Source: Aplysia californica
Taxonomy: Eukaryota
NCBI RefSeq assembly: GCF_000002075.1
Contig: NW_004797758.1
Location: 79,697-143,696, forward strand
DNA: 64,000 nt
Reading direction: 5' to 3'
This document shows, piece by piece, positions 11,880 through 25,800 of this stretch. A model generated the notes under the pieces. The model did no database searches. It saw only the letters and a list, made by a program, of their open reading frames with translations, and had not been told where the DNA came from. The translations under genes and the position numbers were made by a program. Within the stretch, counting starts at the first letter, position 1. Each line of letters starts with the position of its first letter.

Positions 11880-14800
11880 TCATCATCATCATGGCCTTTC
11901 TCACCCTGGGTCAGGATATAGGCCACGAACAAACACTCTCCACCTTTCCCTATCCTGGGCTAGTCGCTTGATGTCACTCCGCGTCTTCCCACTTTTCTAT
12001 ACATCCATTTCCGTGACTCTTCTCCAGGTTCCACGAGGTCTTCCCCTTGATCTTTTACCCTGTGGGTTCCAATCTAACACTTTTCTTGTTATGCAGCTGC
12101 TTGACTTCCTGAGAGGGTGTCCAATCCATCGTCAATGTCTTCTTTCCGCCTCATCTCTGACCGGCCTATGTCTGGTTCTTCCTTTATCTAATACTTCCTC
12201 GTTGGTGATCCTGTCTGTCCATTTGATCCTCAGCAGCCTCCTCAGACACTTGTTCATGAAAACCTGGATCTTCTTTATGCATGTATGGGATGCGTTCCAC
12301 GTCTCACATCCATACAACAAAACTGTCTTCACATTTGAGTTGAAAATTCTAAGCTTTGTTCATAATGAGATATCCCTGGTCCTCCAAATCCTGCTCAAAG
12401 AAATAAATGCAGCCTGTGCCTTTCCAATGCTGGACTTTATTTCAGCGCCTGTTCCTCCCTCTCTGTCAATTATATTCCCCAGATAGCAAAAGGATTCGAC
12501 GTCTTCTAATGCATTTCCTTGTACCGTGACCTGCTCCTTTCGCAGTGCATCTATCCTTAGGACTTTCGACTTTTCGGGGGTGGATCCTCAATCCAACAGA
12601 CTCTGATAGGCTGTTTAAAATTGTTGTCTTTGCTTTCATCTGTTCCTGAGTGTGTGACAGAAGCACCAAGTCATCTGCAAAGTCCAGATCATCCAACTGT
12701 GTCCATGGGGTCCACTGTATACCATTTCTGTGTCTTCTGGTGGTTTCCTTCATCAGCCAGTTGACTGCCAATATGAAGAGGAACGGTGATAATAAACATC
12801 CCTATCTCACACCAGTCTTGATGTCAAAGTTGTCAGTACAACCCTGCAACTTGTCTCTTCGTACATGCTCTTGATGAGGTTCACCAACTTCTGTGGAATT
12901 CCGTGGCGTCTCAGTATCTTCCATAGTGTTGCTCGGTCTATACTGTCAAAAGCCTTCTCATAGTCAAGGAAGTTGACGATCAGCTGAGAGTTCCACTCCA
13001 GGGACTGTTCCACAATAATCCTCAGCGTAGCAATCTGGTCGGTGGTTGAGCGAAACCAGCCTGTTCATCCCGTAGTCTTGGATCCGTTGCTGTCTTGATT
13101 CTCTCCAGAGTGATTCTGTTGAAGACCTTACCTGGTATTGAGAGAAGAGTGATCCCTCTGTAATTGCTGCAGTTGCTGAGATCCCCCTTTTTTGGAAGCT
13201 TCACAAGGTGTCCTTCCTTCCAATCCTTTGGGAACTTGCTCTCATTCCAGATCCTGGTAAACAGTGGGAGGAGGATGTCTGCCGTCACATTGGCATCTGC
13301 TTTTAGGGCTTCAGGTGGAATCTGGTCAGGACCGGCCGCTTTACCTTTGTTCAGCTTCTTAATGGCATCCAGAATCTCTTGTTTTGAAGGAGCATCACAG
13401 CAGATTGGTAACTCATTTCTTGCTGGCAGGATGTTTGGTGGGTTACTCGGTGGTGGTCTGTTCAGGAAACTGTTGAAATGCTCTACCCATCGTTTGGACT
13501 GAGCTTCCTTTCCAAAAATGGTTTTCCCCTCTTGGTCCTTTACTGATACTTCAGGTTTCCCGTATTTTCCAGAAAGTGTCCTTGTGATCTGGTAAAGGAT
13601 TCGCATATGTGCCTTCCTACTGCTGCTTCCTCTGCCTTCCCAGCCAACCTGTTCATGAATTCCTCCTTGTCTTTTCTTAGTGATTTCTTGACATCTTTAG
13701 CTGTTGTCCTGTACTTTTCCAATGCATCCGCTCTTGATCCTCTTGTTCTACTTGCATTCGCTTCTGCCTTCAGCTATCTTCTTATCCTAATTAAATCCAA
13801 TGAGTGTTGACTAATCCATTCCTTGTGCTCCCATTTCTTCACACCGAGTACTTCTTGACAGGTTGATGTAAAGACTTCTTTGACCTTGGTCCAGTGTGTA
13901 TCCACCTCCATGTCTTCCTCACCAAGATCCGCCAAGGGTTGAAATCTGTTCCTCAACTGCAGTTGAAACTCCTGTTTCTTGTGTCCATCTAAAAGACTTA
14001 CTTGGAACTTCATTCTTTTTGTTCATGTTCTGGTTCCATGCTTTTTGAGACGAAGCTTGAGTTTTGCTAACAGCAGATGATGATCCGATCCAACGTCTGC
14101 CCCCCTCTGTACTTTGACATCTTCCAGTAAACGCCTGAACCTACGAGAGATACAAAAATGATCGATCTGGTTCTCTGTCACTCCATCCGGTGATACCCAA
14201 GTAGCCTTGTGGATCCTCTTATGGGGAAAAACAGCCTCCGATGACAAGACTGTTGAGAGCACAGAGATTTGCAAATCGCTTACCGTTCTCTTTCATTTGT
14301 CCCAGGCCATGTTGTCCCATGATTCCCTCGTAACCTACGTTGTCCTGACCAATCTTAGCATTAGCATCTCCCATTATGATGTTGGTAGTTTGTCGATGAC
14401 CCCTTGGAGCCGGCTGTAAAAAGTATCCTTGTCATCATCCGAAGCATCGTTTGTTGGGACGTAGATCTGTACTATGTTCATGTTGATGCTCTTACTTCTG
14501 GTAGTGAAAGAAGCGATGATGATCCTCTCCCCCTGTGGTTCCCATCCTCTAAGTGACTTCTGTTCATACTTACTCAAAATAATTCCTACTCCCTCCCCAT
14601 GGTGCTTGTCTTCCCTCCCAGAATACAATACTTGTTCCCCCGAGCTGAGCTGCTTCTGTCCAAACTGTATCCAGTGGGTTTCGCTGACTCCTAGTATGTG
14701 CAGCCTGTATCTTTTCATCTCTTGTGTCACTTGAGAACTCTTTCCTGCTTCATACATGGTGTGAACATTCCACCACGCAATCTGGAGAGACTTGTTCGAC

Positions 14801-15098
14801 AGAGAAGGTTTTGGGTCAGAAGAGTCCTTTCGGCTTTGTCCGCTGTCCTTCATTGTTCCTGCTGATGCAGAAGCTCCTTCGTCTCCCAAGATGGAAAAAT
14901 TATAAGGCATGTTTGTTGGTGTTTCTATAACTCTCCTTTTTTACTGGGTCGGGTAGTTGGCCCTCCGCAAACTGTCACTTTTCGGGTGGCCAGACCTATG
15001 CACTTTTAGTCGCCTCTTACGACACGCAGTATCACAGCAGGTGATTTTTTACTCCCCCATAGTAAAACTATGTGGCCCCCCCCCCGCCTGCAGGGGCG
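11880..15098 (-). mobile_element. Full-length, decayed RTE-clade non-LTR retrotransposon (APE endonuclease plus reverse transcriptase)
   Basis: APE motifs WNVHTM, LGVSETHW, QIDHF, SDHHLL. RT motifs KLPKKGDLSNCSNYRGITLLS, FLDYEKAFDSI, LDFADDLVLL, LLYGCETW. The ORF is split by frameshifts and stops. 3' (TGA)n tail at about 11877-11893. 12-bp TSD GACCCTGAATCA at 11868-11879 and 15099-15110. Confidence 0.93.
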
Positions 15099-15545
15099 GA
15101 CCCTGAATCAACTGCTAGTTAAAACTGTTGGGATCCTGCCTTCCTTCATAAGCAGACATTTACCCCTCCTGGTCCCTCTGGACTAAAAAAAGAAACGTTT
15201 GTTCTGTAAAAGGTCACTTTAATTTGTTTCTTCTTTGTAGAACATATTTCTGTTACAGTGGTCATCAAAACATGCAGAATATCAGTTACCACTATGAGTT
15301 TATATTTTTATATTAGGGGGCCTACGTGTACATGATATATATTATTAGTAGCTAGCGCTACTACCAATAATTTTTTTGTGTTCCTTTTTATTAGTACAGT
15401 CTCTTTTAGTTCCAAGACGACCTTGCCTGTGTAGTGTATGTAATATAAATAGTCTTATTTATAACTATCCAGGAAACCTTCAGGTTTGGACAATATATAA
15501 TATTCTTCAATAAAAGATAAATTTGATGCTTTACAGGTCCATATC

Positions 15546-18500
15546 ATGTCCGACTCTGATGATGAAGGAAACGATAATATTATACCTATCACAGAATGGC
15601 CCATAAACCCAAGTCCACCTTCTGCTTCCAAGAAAGACGAAGACGTTGCTGAAAAATGTGCTACAAGAAAAATACATCACAGTCAAGAATATGAGCATTG
15701 CTCGAAGGTTAAAAAAGTACGACTAGAAAGCGGAGAGCTACCATACGGCAATCTAGCAGGGCACTATGATGAGATGCAAGAGCAAGAAGCCATGGTACAG
15801 ACTAGAATTGCAAGATGGTGGAGGAAATATAAACAAGGTGTAGAAACAAAATCTATGCCTGTCACCACAAATCCGAACACTACTCTGTTATGGATTTCAA
15901 GGTAACTCAAGAAAAAGACACTAAAATATAAAACAGCACTAGATCTATCTTTCTCTTGCTAATTTTGTGCAAGGGCATATAAATGAATGTATAGACAATG
16001 CCGATGAAGACCGGGTGCCATTTGTACAGATCTTGTCAGTTTGGTAATGTTTGAGCATTTAATCAGCTGCTTGCACTGTATGCTTCCCAAGAAGATGAGA
16101 ATGTTTCTTAGTGTTCTATAGTCTGCTGGGGTAATAATATAGTGTAAAACGCAGAGCTTGCTGTAGAGCAGGGTTATGCGCTATACAAAAGCTATTTATT
16201 ATTTACTATTAATATTATTATTACAGGTGGCCATATTGTACAAATGGCCATCATGGCAGGTTCGACTGTAATAGATCTATATATATCTGTCATGACACTG
16301 TGAAATCAGACTCTCGTCAGTTTTTGGGTGTGTGGAGTTGGTATCATCTTAAGACTTGTTTTTTTATCTTGTTTTCTATGAATAAATTATCCGTCTATCT
16401 TGGATAGAAGTCGGGATATTTGTAGTTGAAGGAAGTGGGGGTCATCTGTTTTCAGAGGCAAATTAATAGCTGCCAAAATTTGGTGACTTACGAAGCTTGA
16501 GAGTCCTTGTAAACTGCCAATTTTTACATTTTTTGTGCCTTTGATCAATGTTTTTTTAGTAAAATCCACTCATATATTGTGTTTTTAAATAGACATATAA
16601 GGTCCTGAGCCTGAAAAAAAAAACCCTAAAAATATTTTGCCCAATGACCATAAAAATGCAGACTTCTTTGATTTGATTATTTCGACGAGCACCTTATATC
16701 ACTACAATGCTTCACATAATTAAATATGATATACAGTTGAACCTGCTCCAATGACCACTAAATCCAAGACAATCACCTATATAAATTACAACCTCACCCT
16801 TAGTGGTTGTTTTTTGTGTAGTATAATGACACTGTCCAAGAAGGCCACCTGTTTAAGATGACCAACTATTCTCGTTGACAATGGATGGTCATCTCTTGGA
16901 CAGGTTTGACTATATATACATGTATGTAATAAGTTTATTTAATTTTCACTCATTTTCTATTTCTTGCCCTTTATTTAAATTCTATGTGCATCATCTTACT
17001 TACATTTTCTTGTTTCAAACTGTTTCACAATGTAGCCTACTATTTCCTACTCTTTCAGAACATGATAATTTAGTTTTATTTATCTAAAAATATTCTTTTT
17101 AACTCTTTCAGAACATGATAATTGAGTTTTATCTAAAAATAATAGGTTCGTTGTCCCAGTCTATTGGGACACCTTCAGAAATGATTTAGAGAAATACAGA
17201 CCAAAGTTCCTCAACTACATGCAGGTTTCAATGTTAATTGGCGTGTTAGATACAGGTAAATAAATAACTTTGTGTGAGACAAATACAGGTAGAGAGAGCT
17301 CATGCAGAGTGTCAAGTCAATAAATGATAATATCTTGGCTGAGTCTGTTTGTTTAGACATTTTGCCATTATCATAAGAGATTTCTTGTCTATCATTGTGT
17401 TTATTTTAATTTCATTAATTTTTTAAAAAAATTTTAGTAGAGGGTTTTACGGCGCTCGCAACAGCATAAGGTCATATGAGCGCCAAGAGGTGGGTGTCAA
17501 CAGAGAAGTCCTTACAGGCATCAGACTTACTCTGCTCACCTCTCTAGCTTCAACAGCACAAGGTCTGCTTCGACTATGAAGGCACCCCGGAAATAAAGGG
17601 TCACAAGAATGGCAAACATACATAAGAAGTAAAGGTAAATGACAATAGTAAGGATTAGGAAAGAAAAGGCAGCAGTTATGAGCATGACATGATGAATCAG
17701 CCCATTTACAATTCTACTGTGCTTGAATGAGAAATGTCCCCCCTTTGAATGGCCTAAAGACACTACAGTCAGTGGCACTGCCCCGGGGGGGGGGGGGTGT
17801 TTCTTATATTTATATTAAACTTTTTTTGTTTCACCCAGGACTCCAGAATGCCAAGTTTTTCTACTTGAAGAGGAAAAATCCCTGAAGTTCAGGTTGCAGG
17901 CTCAACATGGTGTGACAGCAAACTTATATGCCGCCCTCGCTAGTGTGGAAGACTATTTAGGACAGATGGATTCAGCTCTCACGAATATCAACAAAGCTGT
18001 TGCCCTTGACCCAAACAGTAAGACTGATCGGACATTTAAGTTTTTAAAAAAAAACTCATTATATATTTGTGTATATTAGACCTATGTATCTTCCTCTATC
18101 TTTTTTATTTCTTTGAGCTTTGTTCTTTAAAATCAGTTTTACGACTGTGTCTTTGTTTAACATTACATTTTTAAAAGTACTTTTATCATTTAAACACCGT
18201 TTTTCTGGTGGTGGTGGCATTAGTAGCCCAGTGGTTAGGCTACCGTACCCATAATTGTGAGATGTTGTGTCCTTAAGAAAGACACCTTACACAAATTTCC
18301 TATTTAGCTTGGGCCCCTCAGAGATTTTTTTTTTAGGGTTAGTGTTTTATGGTGCTCGCAACTGCATAAAGTCATATGAGCGTGCGGTACACACATAAAG
18401 CATTTTCAGTTTGGCAGGAATTAATTTTGAATTTTGCCTGGGTGGCAGCCAAAGCTTACTCTTGTCGATTTCAGGACCACCAAGGGATCTTTAACGTGCG

Positions 18501-21500
18501 CCACTTGCACACAAGGTCTCTGAGTCTTTATCTCTCTTATCCGAGAACGTTAGGTGTTTGATCTTACCTAAGATCAGGGGCCTGGCTGAAAAACAGTATA
18601 GTATGAAGGAGCCAAGGAGTAGCAGCAGAAAGGCTGCAGAAAGAGTCAAGAGCTCAGAGGAGGGGCAAAGTGGGGTGGGGGGCAGAAAGCCAAGACAAAA
18701 GCAGACGACAGAGCATGATTCGAAGATGTATGTAAAACCCAGAGGTTCCACCTCTTAAATAACCTTTTATGTGTTGATAGGGTCATTTAACCTATACTAT
18801 TTTACATTTCACATTTTTCTGATGGTATTCTGCAAGTACAACAACAAAAAATCAGATGTAAATGAAGAATACATCACAGCAATTTAAATCACAATTTAAA
18901 AATTGCCCTTTTCATTTCCATACTTGCTGCACAACTTCCCTGTAGAATGGTGTGTTTGCAATTTATCTTTGAGCCTTTAGCTGATGCCACATTTCTGTAT
19001 TCTCTCTCAGTCTTGTAACAAATTAACTACTATATTTCCTTCCAAATTGAAAGTCTGACTACAGATTCTCACAATAACAAACTGATCACCTAGCGTTTCT
19101 TCTTACGTTTTCACAGATTCTGAATATCAATGGTTGCGGGAAAAACTGTCCAGGCAGAGCCGAGTCATTGAAATTCAGTCAGATAAACAAAATGCCTTGG
19201 AAACAATGGACTTAAAATTTCCTCCAGTCTCAAAGGTAAAACGCAATTGGTACCTATGGGCACTCAGCAATTGGCTATCTGTAATGTAATGCCAGAGAGA
19301 TTTGAGTTTAAATATGTTTATTACTCCCATATCGACACAATTTAGGTCATTTCAGAGGTGGGCTTCTTCAGCCTTGCCTGTTAAGACCAGCCCTGGCTGA
19401 GTGTGACACTACATCTGACCAGAAAGACAGAGGTACTGAAGAAAATTCTCTTCCCCACATGATTACTAGACTCCCAATTTTTTGTGTGCAACCGTAAAGA
19501 GTCTTTATCATAATCTGGATACGCGAAGGTGTTACCTCTGGCTCAGAGGTACAATGACCTACCATTGCTTATGGTCTGCTGTGGTCATATGCCATATTTA
19601 GGCCAGTCCATGCCTTGATGTTATCATTCTAGATTGTTCTTAGTCCACTTGTAGCTCTTTTGCCCCACATGTTGCCTTTGAGTATTTCAATGGCCACCAT
19701 TAAAACTCAGTCACAGGTCAAGGAGACTTGACCTTGGTCAGATTCACTTTTGTTAATGAATATGGCATTGAAGCCAGATTTTCTTTTCTTTTGTTCTGCT
19801 TGTAAATTATAACTGTGGTTTGTGAATTGTTGCTAGTTTACTTTTTTAGATGAAACCTGCTGTTACTTTTAAATATCAATAAATATTCAGAATCCTTGTG
19901 AATTCTTTTTTGACTAGCACATTGTGAAGTTGGAAAAAAAATGAAGGGGCAGTGGATTTTTGCAGGCCATAATCTTTTAGCCCCTTTATTGCGTTGTACT
20001 CGTATTTCATATGTCTTGATAATCCACTGCCCAGTTCGCTGTAAATGTATCTCATACAGAGACTAAGACCTGTAATTTGTTTCATTGATATCTCGGCTTT
20101 TGAAAGTTAATTGTTTTAGCCATGCAGTCATAGGCATATCTATTCATAGATTATAAGATGAGAAGTGCTTGTTCTAAATCCGATTTTTAAAAAAAGAAAA
20201 GTGTCTTGTTTTTCTTACACACATCATACCAGACGATCAGAGTGGACAAGTTAAATTGGAACTTTAGTCTCAATACTTTCAAGTTGTTTACATCACAAAT
20301 GGTTTGTTCTACCAGATTCTTAGATTTCTCTTTGTATTGACAACGATACACCATTTGCCATTCTCTTTGGCTTGGCGAGGAAGTAACCCTTTGCCAGTTG
20401 TTTCTTTCCATCGTATTCTTTGGTTTTATTTCTGGTACTTTATTATTTCTTTAATTTTTTTTCTTTTTCCAACATGTTTTTAAACATAAACCTATAGGTG
20501 GATCGAGTCTCCATCAAAGACCTAAGTGAGAAAGATTTTCATGAAAGATATGTGAAGACCCACAGACCAGTTATCCTGCTTGACCTCGTCCAAACAATAA
20601 CATCAACTCCCTGGAATTTGGACTTTGTCAAAAAAATTGCAGGTACATGTTATAGAAACTATTTATACCATCGATCATAGTCAGTTAAATATAAATATTT
20701 TTATTTATTTAGATGATATGATTACTTCTCATAACAGAACTTCTATTTGTTTTAAAATTTAATCAACTTTAATTGCTCCAGATTTCGATTCTATGTTCTT
20801 TTGGAATACTTTACAACAGAATGGCATATGTCATTTAACAGAATGGCATATGTCACTTTACAGCATGGCATATGGCGGAGTCTTACAATAACCAGTCGAT
20901 ATATATATATGTGTAGTCCAGGATTATCATCCCTTTTGGTAGGCGTATGAGCGTATGTGTCACAACGCGGTGGGATCAGGCGCTCGTCAATTTTTGGCCA
21001 TTTGGAGTTATTGGTATCATCGAATAGCTAATTCATTTGTCTTGCTGTCAATGAAAAAAAGTACCCATCTATCTTGAATAGAAGTCAAGATGATTGCGAT
21101 TAAAGGAGGTGGGGTCGCCTGGTTTCAGTAGTAAAATTAGCAAGAAATGGCCACCAAAGTTTGATAACTTCAGTAGCTTGAGAGTCCTTGAAAACTGAAA
21201 ATTTAGAAATTTTGTGCCATTAATCAACGTCTTTCAGTAAAATTCACTGGGAAATGTGCTTTTATATGGAGATAAAATGTGTTTTTTTCTTTTTTTTTGT
21301 AAAAATGGCAAAACTTTTGCAAAAAATGCCTATTTCTTCGATTTCAATATTTTGGCGAGCGCCTGATTTGACCATGATGCCTCACATATGATAAGTATAA
21401 TATTTTTAATAGATTGCCAACAGTCAAGTCAAATGCAGCATTACTGTGGATATATCCCCTCGGAGTGACCCCCCCAAAACCAATGTAAAAGCTAAAATTA

Positions 21501-22745
21501 TATATTTTTTAAAATTGTTATGCAACAGGCAGCAAGAGAGTGATGTTGAAGAAGCAGGTACCCCTGTCTGCTGAATGGGCTTGCCTTGAGGACAGTCGAA
21601 CAAGCACTGTGGAAGAGTTCATTGATTCTGTGACAGAGGGGGAAACTGATGATTATCTCTTTGATTGGAGTCTACCCCTTCACTGTCCCGAGCTTTCTTC
21701 AACCTTAACAGTACCTAGTTATTTTGCAGGTAGATTAAGTGTTTGCCCTGAAATTATTGAAAAACTAATACTGCAGCCATTTCTTTTATATATACAGCAG
21801 AATCCGCTGAAAGTGATGTTTGTGGGACTGCTGGATTTTCTTCAGTATGTAGAGGTTGCTTAAATAGAAGGAAAAAAATCTGAGGTTACCAATGTTCACG
21901 GATTAATCGTGTTTGGTTGAAGTGGACTCCACTCTGTGTGTGTGTGTGTGTGTGTGCGTGTGTGTGTGTGTGTGTGTGTTTGTCATGTCAGGGTCACAGG
22001 GGTCAGCTCCCAGTCAGTGTTCTGGCTGGGCTGACTTAATTTATGGTACTTTTTAAATTTAAAGTTTAAGATGTGTCCTTGTACATTTAGTCATTATCAT
22101 GTTACACACTCATAGCACAAATTTCTGATTTTGAAACTAAAAAAAAACCAATCACAATAATTTGCCTGGTTATTTGATAATGTGCTCTGAAGTCTGCAAT
22201 GCTAAATTGTGATTTATTAGACTAGTGTGGAGGAAAAATAATCAATACTAATAACTAACGGCTTGACAAAATCATTGAACTTTTGGAACATGAACAACAT
22301 AACAAAGATGGAACGAGGTACACACAAAAGACGTATCAGTGCAGTTTATAGAAAGCTGCGTATCTGCAACTCAATCTACGTTGCTCATAACGTGCGGTGA
22401 GTTATTCTGAGACACAGCACAAGTAATTCCTTCACATTCAACTTTATATGTCAAATACAATAAGAAATATTCACATATTTGCATACAAAGATTTAAGTGG
22501 TTGTCTCACTACACAGAAATACTTGTCAATTTTAGTGCCACAGTGCCAGAACACATGATTTTCAATGTAGTTTGTTCATTTTGCAACCTTCTTTTAAATC
22601 TATTTACCTGGATATGAAAAGAAAGGTTAATTTCAAAGAGATATTTCTTCATGCACACTTCATGAATTGCGATTTGTCAAGAATAACAAAATGTTTACAT
22701 TTGCACTATATTTTTAAATATAATATACAATTGTGTGTAAACGTT

Positions 22746-22803
<58 letters not shown>

Positions 22804-25800
22804 TGTGTGTCTGTGTGTGTGTGTGTGTGTTCACCACACTAGTTATCTTCCATATGTCACATTTATCCTTCATCTGATTTCTTGAATAGTTTGACTCATC
22901 TTTAAACTCAAATCAGTGCCTAGACATAGCCTACTGTAATACTATTTGAACCTATGCCTTTACGTTACGTACAAAAATGTTAATGTTATGCATGTCATTG
23001 TAAAACAATTCTCCTGAATGGGATCTATGGAGGCAGGTTTTTAAAACAAACATTTTTCCGATTTTTGACCAGATAACTATTTGTGTCAGACCAGCCAGGG
23101 TTCCCTGTACCGAGACAGTTGGCCGAGTCTGTTTGTGGCACCAGCTGGGGCTGTGAGTCAGCTCCACATCGACGCCTTTGCCTCCAGCTTCTGGATGGCT
23201 CTCATGGAGGGAGAGAAACGGTCAGTGAGAGTAGCATTTCTTTTTATCTGACAAATTTGTTTTGAGTTTTTTAAATCTGTTCAATTTCTTTTTCTTGTCA
23301 TAATTGTTTGGGTTTTTTTGTACTTTAGTCCTCTGCTTGGTCTTTGAGGTCGGGAAAATTTGGTTCATCAAAAACCAGTGTAATGATTTTTATTCCCTCA
23401 GACCTAAACGCTTACCTCATCCTGCTCTACTTTTAGACTCTTGTGTACCAAAGGCACGCCCAGTTTGAGATTGTGTATATTATCTAGCTCCAGCAGTCAT
23501 CTCAAGTAACGGGAGCTTAGGAGCATGTTTCCTGTCGGGTAGCTAGTTTTGGGATGGGGTTCATTTAGAATTCTGCTCTTTCATAGCTGCTCTTCTTCTG
23601 CTCTTTCAGTTTCCAAAAAGTCTTTAACATAAACTTCATATTTGTGGACCCTCTAAACATTTTGGTCCTTATTTGAGAATACTGACTGCTCAGTCCCACT
23701 CTCACACACCTTTAGTTCATTAGTGTTAAAGAAAAAGAAAATATAAAATATCCAATTGACCATCAGCAGCGCCTGCATAGACTGAAAATGGGATCTGGTA
23801 ATTTGGCTTGACAAAAGCACATTCCTTATTTCTAGTTTGAAACACCCCTTAGAAATTTTTCATCAGCTAGGTGCAGTGTATAGTAGATTCTGTTTGGTGA
23901 CTTCCATAGCATAAGAGTCCTTGGAAACTGCAAATTTTAATTTTATGTGCCTTTAATCAATGTTTTTGCATAAAATCCACTCATAAAAGTGTTTTTGAAT
24001 GGACATACTTGGTGGTGAGCCAAAAAAAAAAAAATTCGAAAAAAAAAATTCCAAAACGGCAGAAAAATGCAGATTTCTGGGATTTAATTTGTTTTGATGA
24101 GGGTCTGATTTCACCACGACGCCTCACATATATTTAGCTATTGTACACCCCACGGGAATCAATAGAAATGAAATTTTTCATGAGTTAACATTGTAGATTT
24201 TTATCTCTGTGTTTAGTAAGGAAAGGGGGACTGAATAATTTCCTTAAGACAAGCTTTAAGAATAAAGAATAAAGTGAAACTTCATGAGAGTTACACCTCT
24301 CACATATGTGGGTGAATTCATTAATGTCCACGTATAAAGATTATCATAACACATTTCCCCCCTTTATTCCAGGTGGACTTTCTTCCCACCATCAGACACA
24401 GCCCTCCTGTATCCTCGCTACATTCACTCCATGGATCCCGTGTTTAGTGTCAATCTGCAGGAGCCAGATCTGCAAAGTCATCCTTTGTTGGCTCTCACTC
24501 ACCCAAGCCAGTGCGTGTTGAAGCCTGGTGAGTCAAGCAAACTTATTATCTACTTCAAAAATATGAAATGATGCATAGCTTATGTTATGAAATAAGTCAG
24601 TCTGATTCACTATTAGTCCAAATACCCACAATTTTTTCTTTGACACTCCAAACTGACAAAATTGTGATTTTTTAAAAATAACCTGGCCTGTTTCTTATAC
24701 CAAAAGCTTACACTTTTTTTTCTTTGATCTTTGCTTGCTGTTTGTTTGCCCATTAGAACTAAAATAGAATTAACCTTTTGAGCCTGGGGGACCCGTGCAC
24801 ATGAGCTCCCTTTCGACAACTGCTTGATTTCCACCACCATACTCGAGGCCTGCATTCAATATGTAGAAATAGAAGGGTAATGATAATGCATACTGAGGCG
24901 TGTGCTTGAGTCTGTAGGGTTAATGTTGACAACTCAAGATATTAAAGTTGATGGCACTGTAGCTTGATGTTTTAAATGTTCTCTTCCATGCATGAGCTCC
25001 ATTTGAATGACTACACAGATTTTTGCTTAGAAACTTATAAAATTACTTTTACCTCGAAACTATTTCCAAAGGTATTTTTCTAAACTATGTATGTTGTACA
25101 CCATTTTTGTTTCAGTTCTTTATCACTGCAACAGCAGTTCTCAATTTTTGTTGGTTCTTAAATGTTTCTGAAAACTTCTTTCAGCGGTTAAGATTACTTC
25201 TGAACTCTTTTCTCTAAACAGTGATCATGCCATTCTTTAAATATTTCCCCATGTTACTGCACTACAAATATGTGTTAGTCCTTTGTTACTTAATGTAACA
25301 CAGTACTTCTCTATCTAGGAGAGCTCCTCTATGTGCCAAATGGTAGTGCCCACTTTGTGGAGAACCTCACAACATCTCTGGCCATCTCCTCCAATCATGT
25401 GGATGAAGCCAACTACACACAGGTATCTCAGTATATGCCATTCTCTGTCATATTATGCATGTAGCAGACTAGATATGTAATTATATTTTAAAGGATCTCT
25501 CTCAAAAGAACACATGGGTCATGACTACATTGCAAAAGTATTTTTTATAGGCTGATCAAATATTCATTGTAATTGTAAGTGAACACTGGATATTTGTCAA
25601 TCCATGGTGTCCTGTCATCTCCTCTCTGATTTGACCTATAGAGTTATATGACAAAACTTGTTTTGTCTTAGTTCCAAAAAGAATGTTTTCTGTGTGCCTG
25701 TGCAATCTTCAGTCAAATGGCTACATTTTTCCCCCTCATATAATGAACTGTAAAAGACAACTCGAATTAACAGTTAGCTGTGAAATGATGATCACGTTGT

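Noticed and set aside
11860-12486. 208-aa plus-strand ORF
   Set aside because: It is the antisense shadow of the RTE reverse transcriptase.
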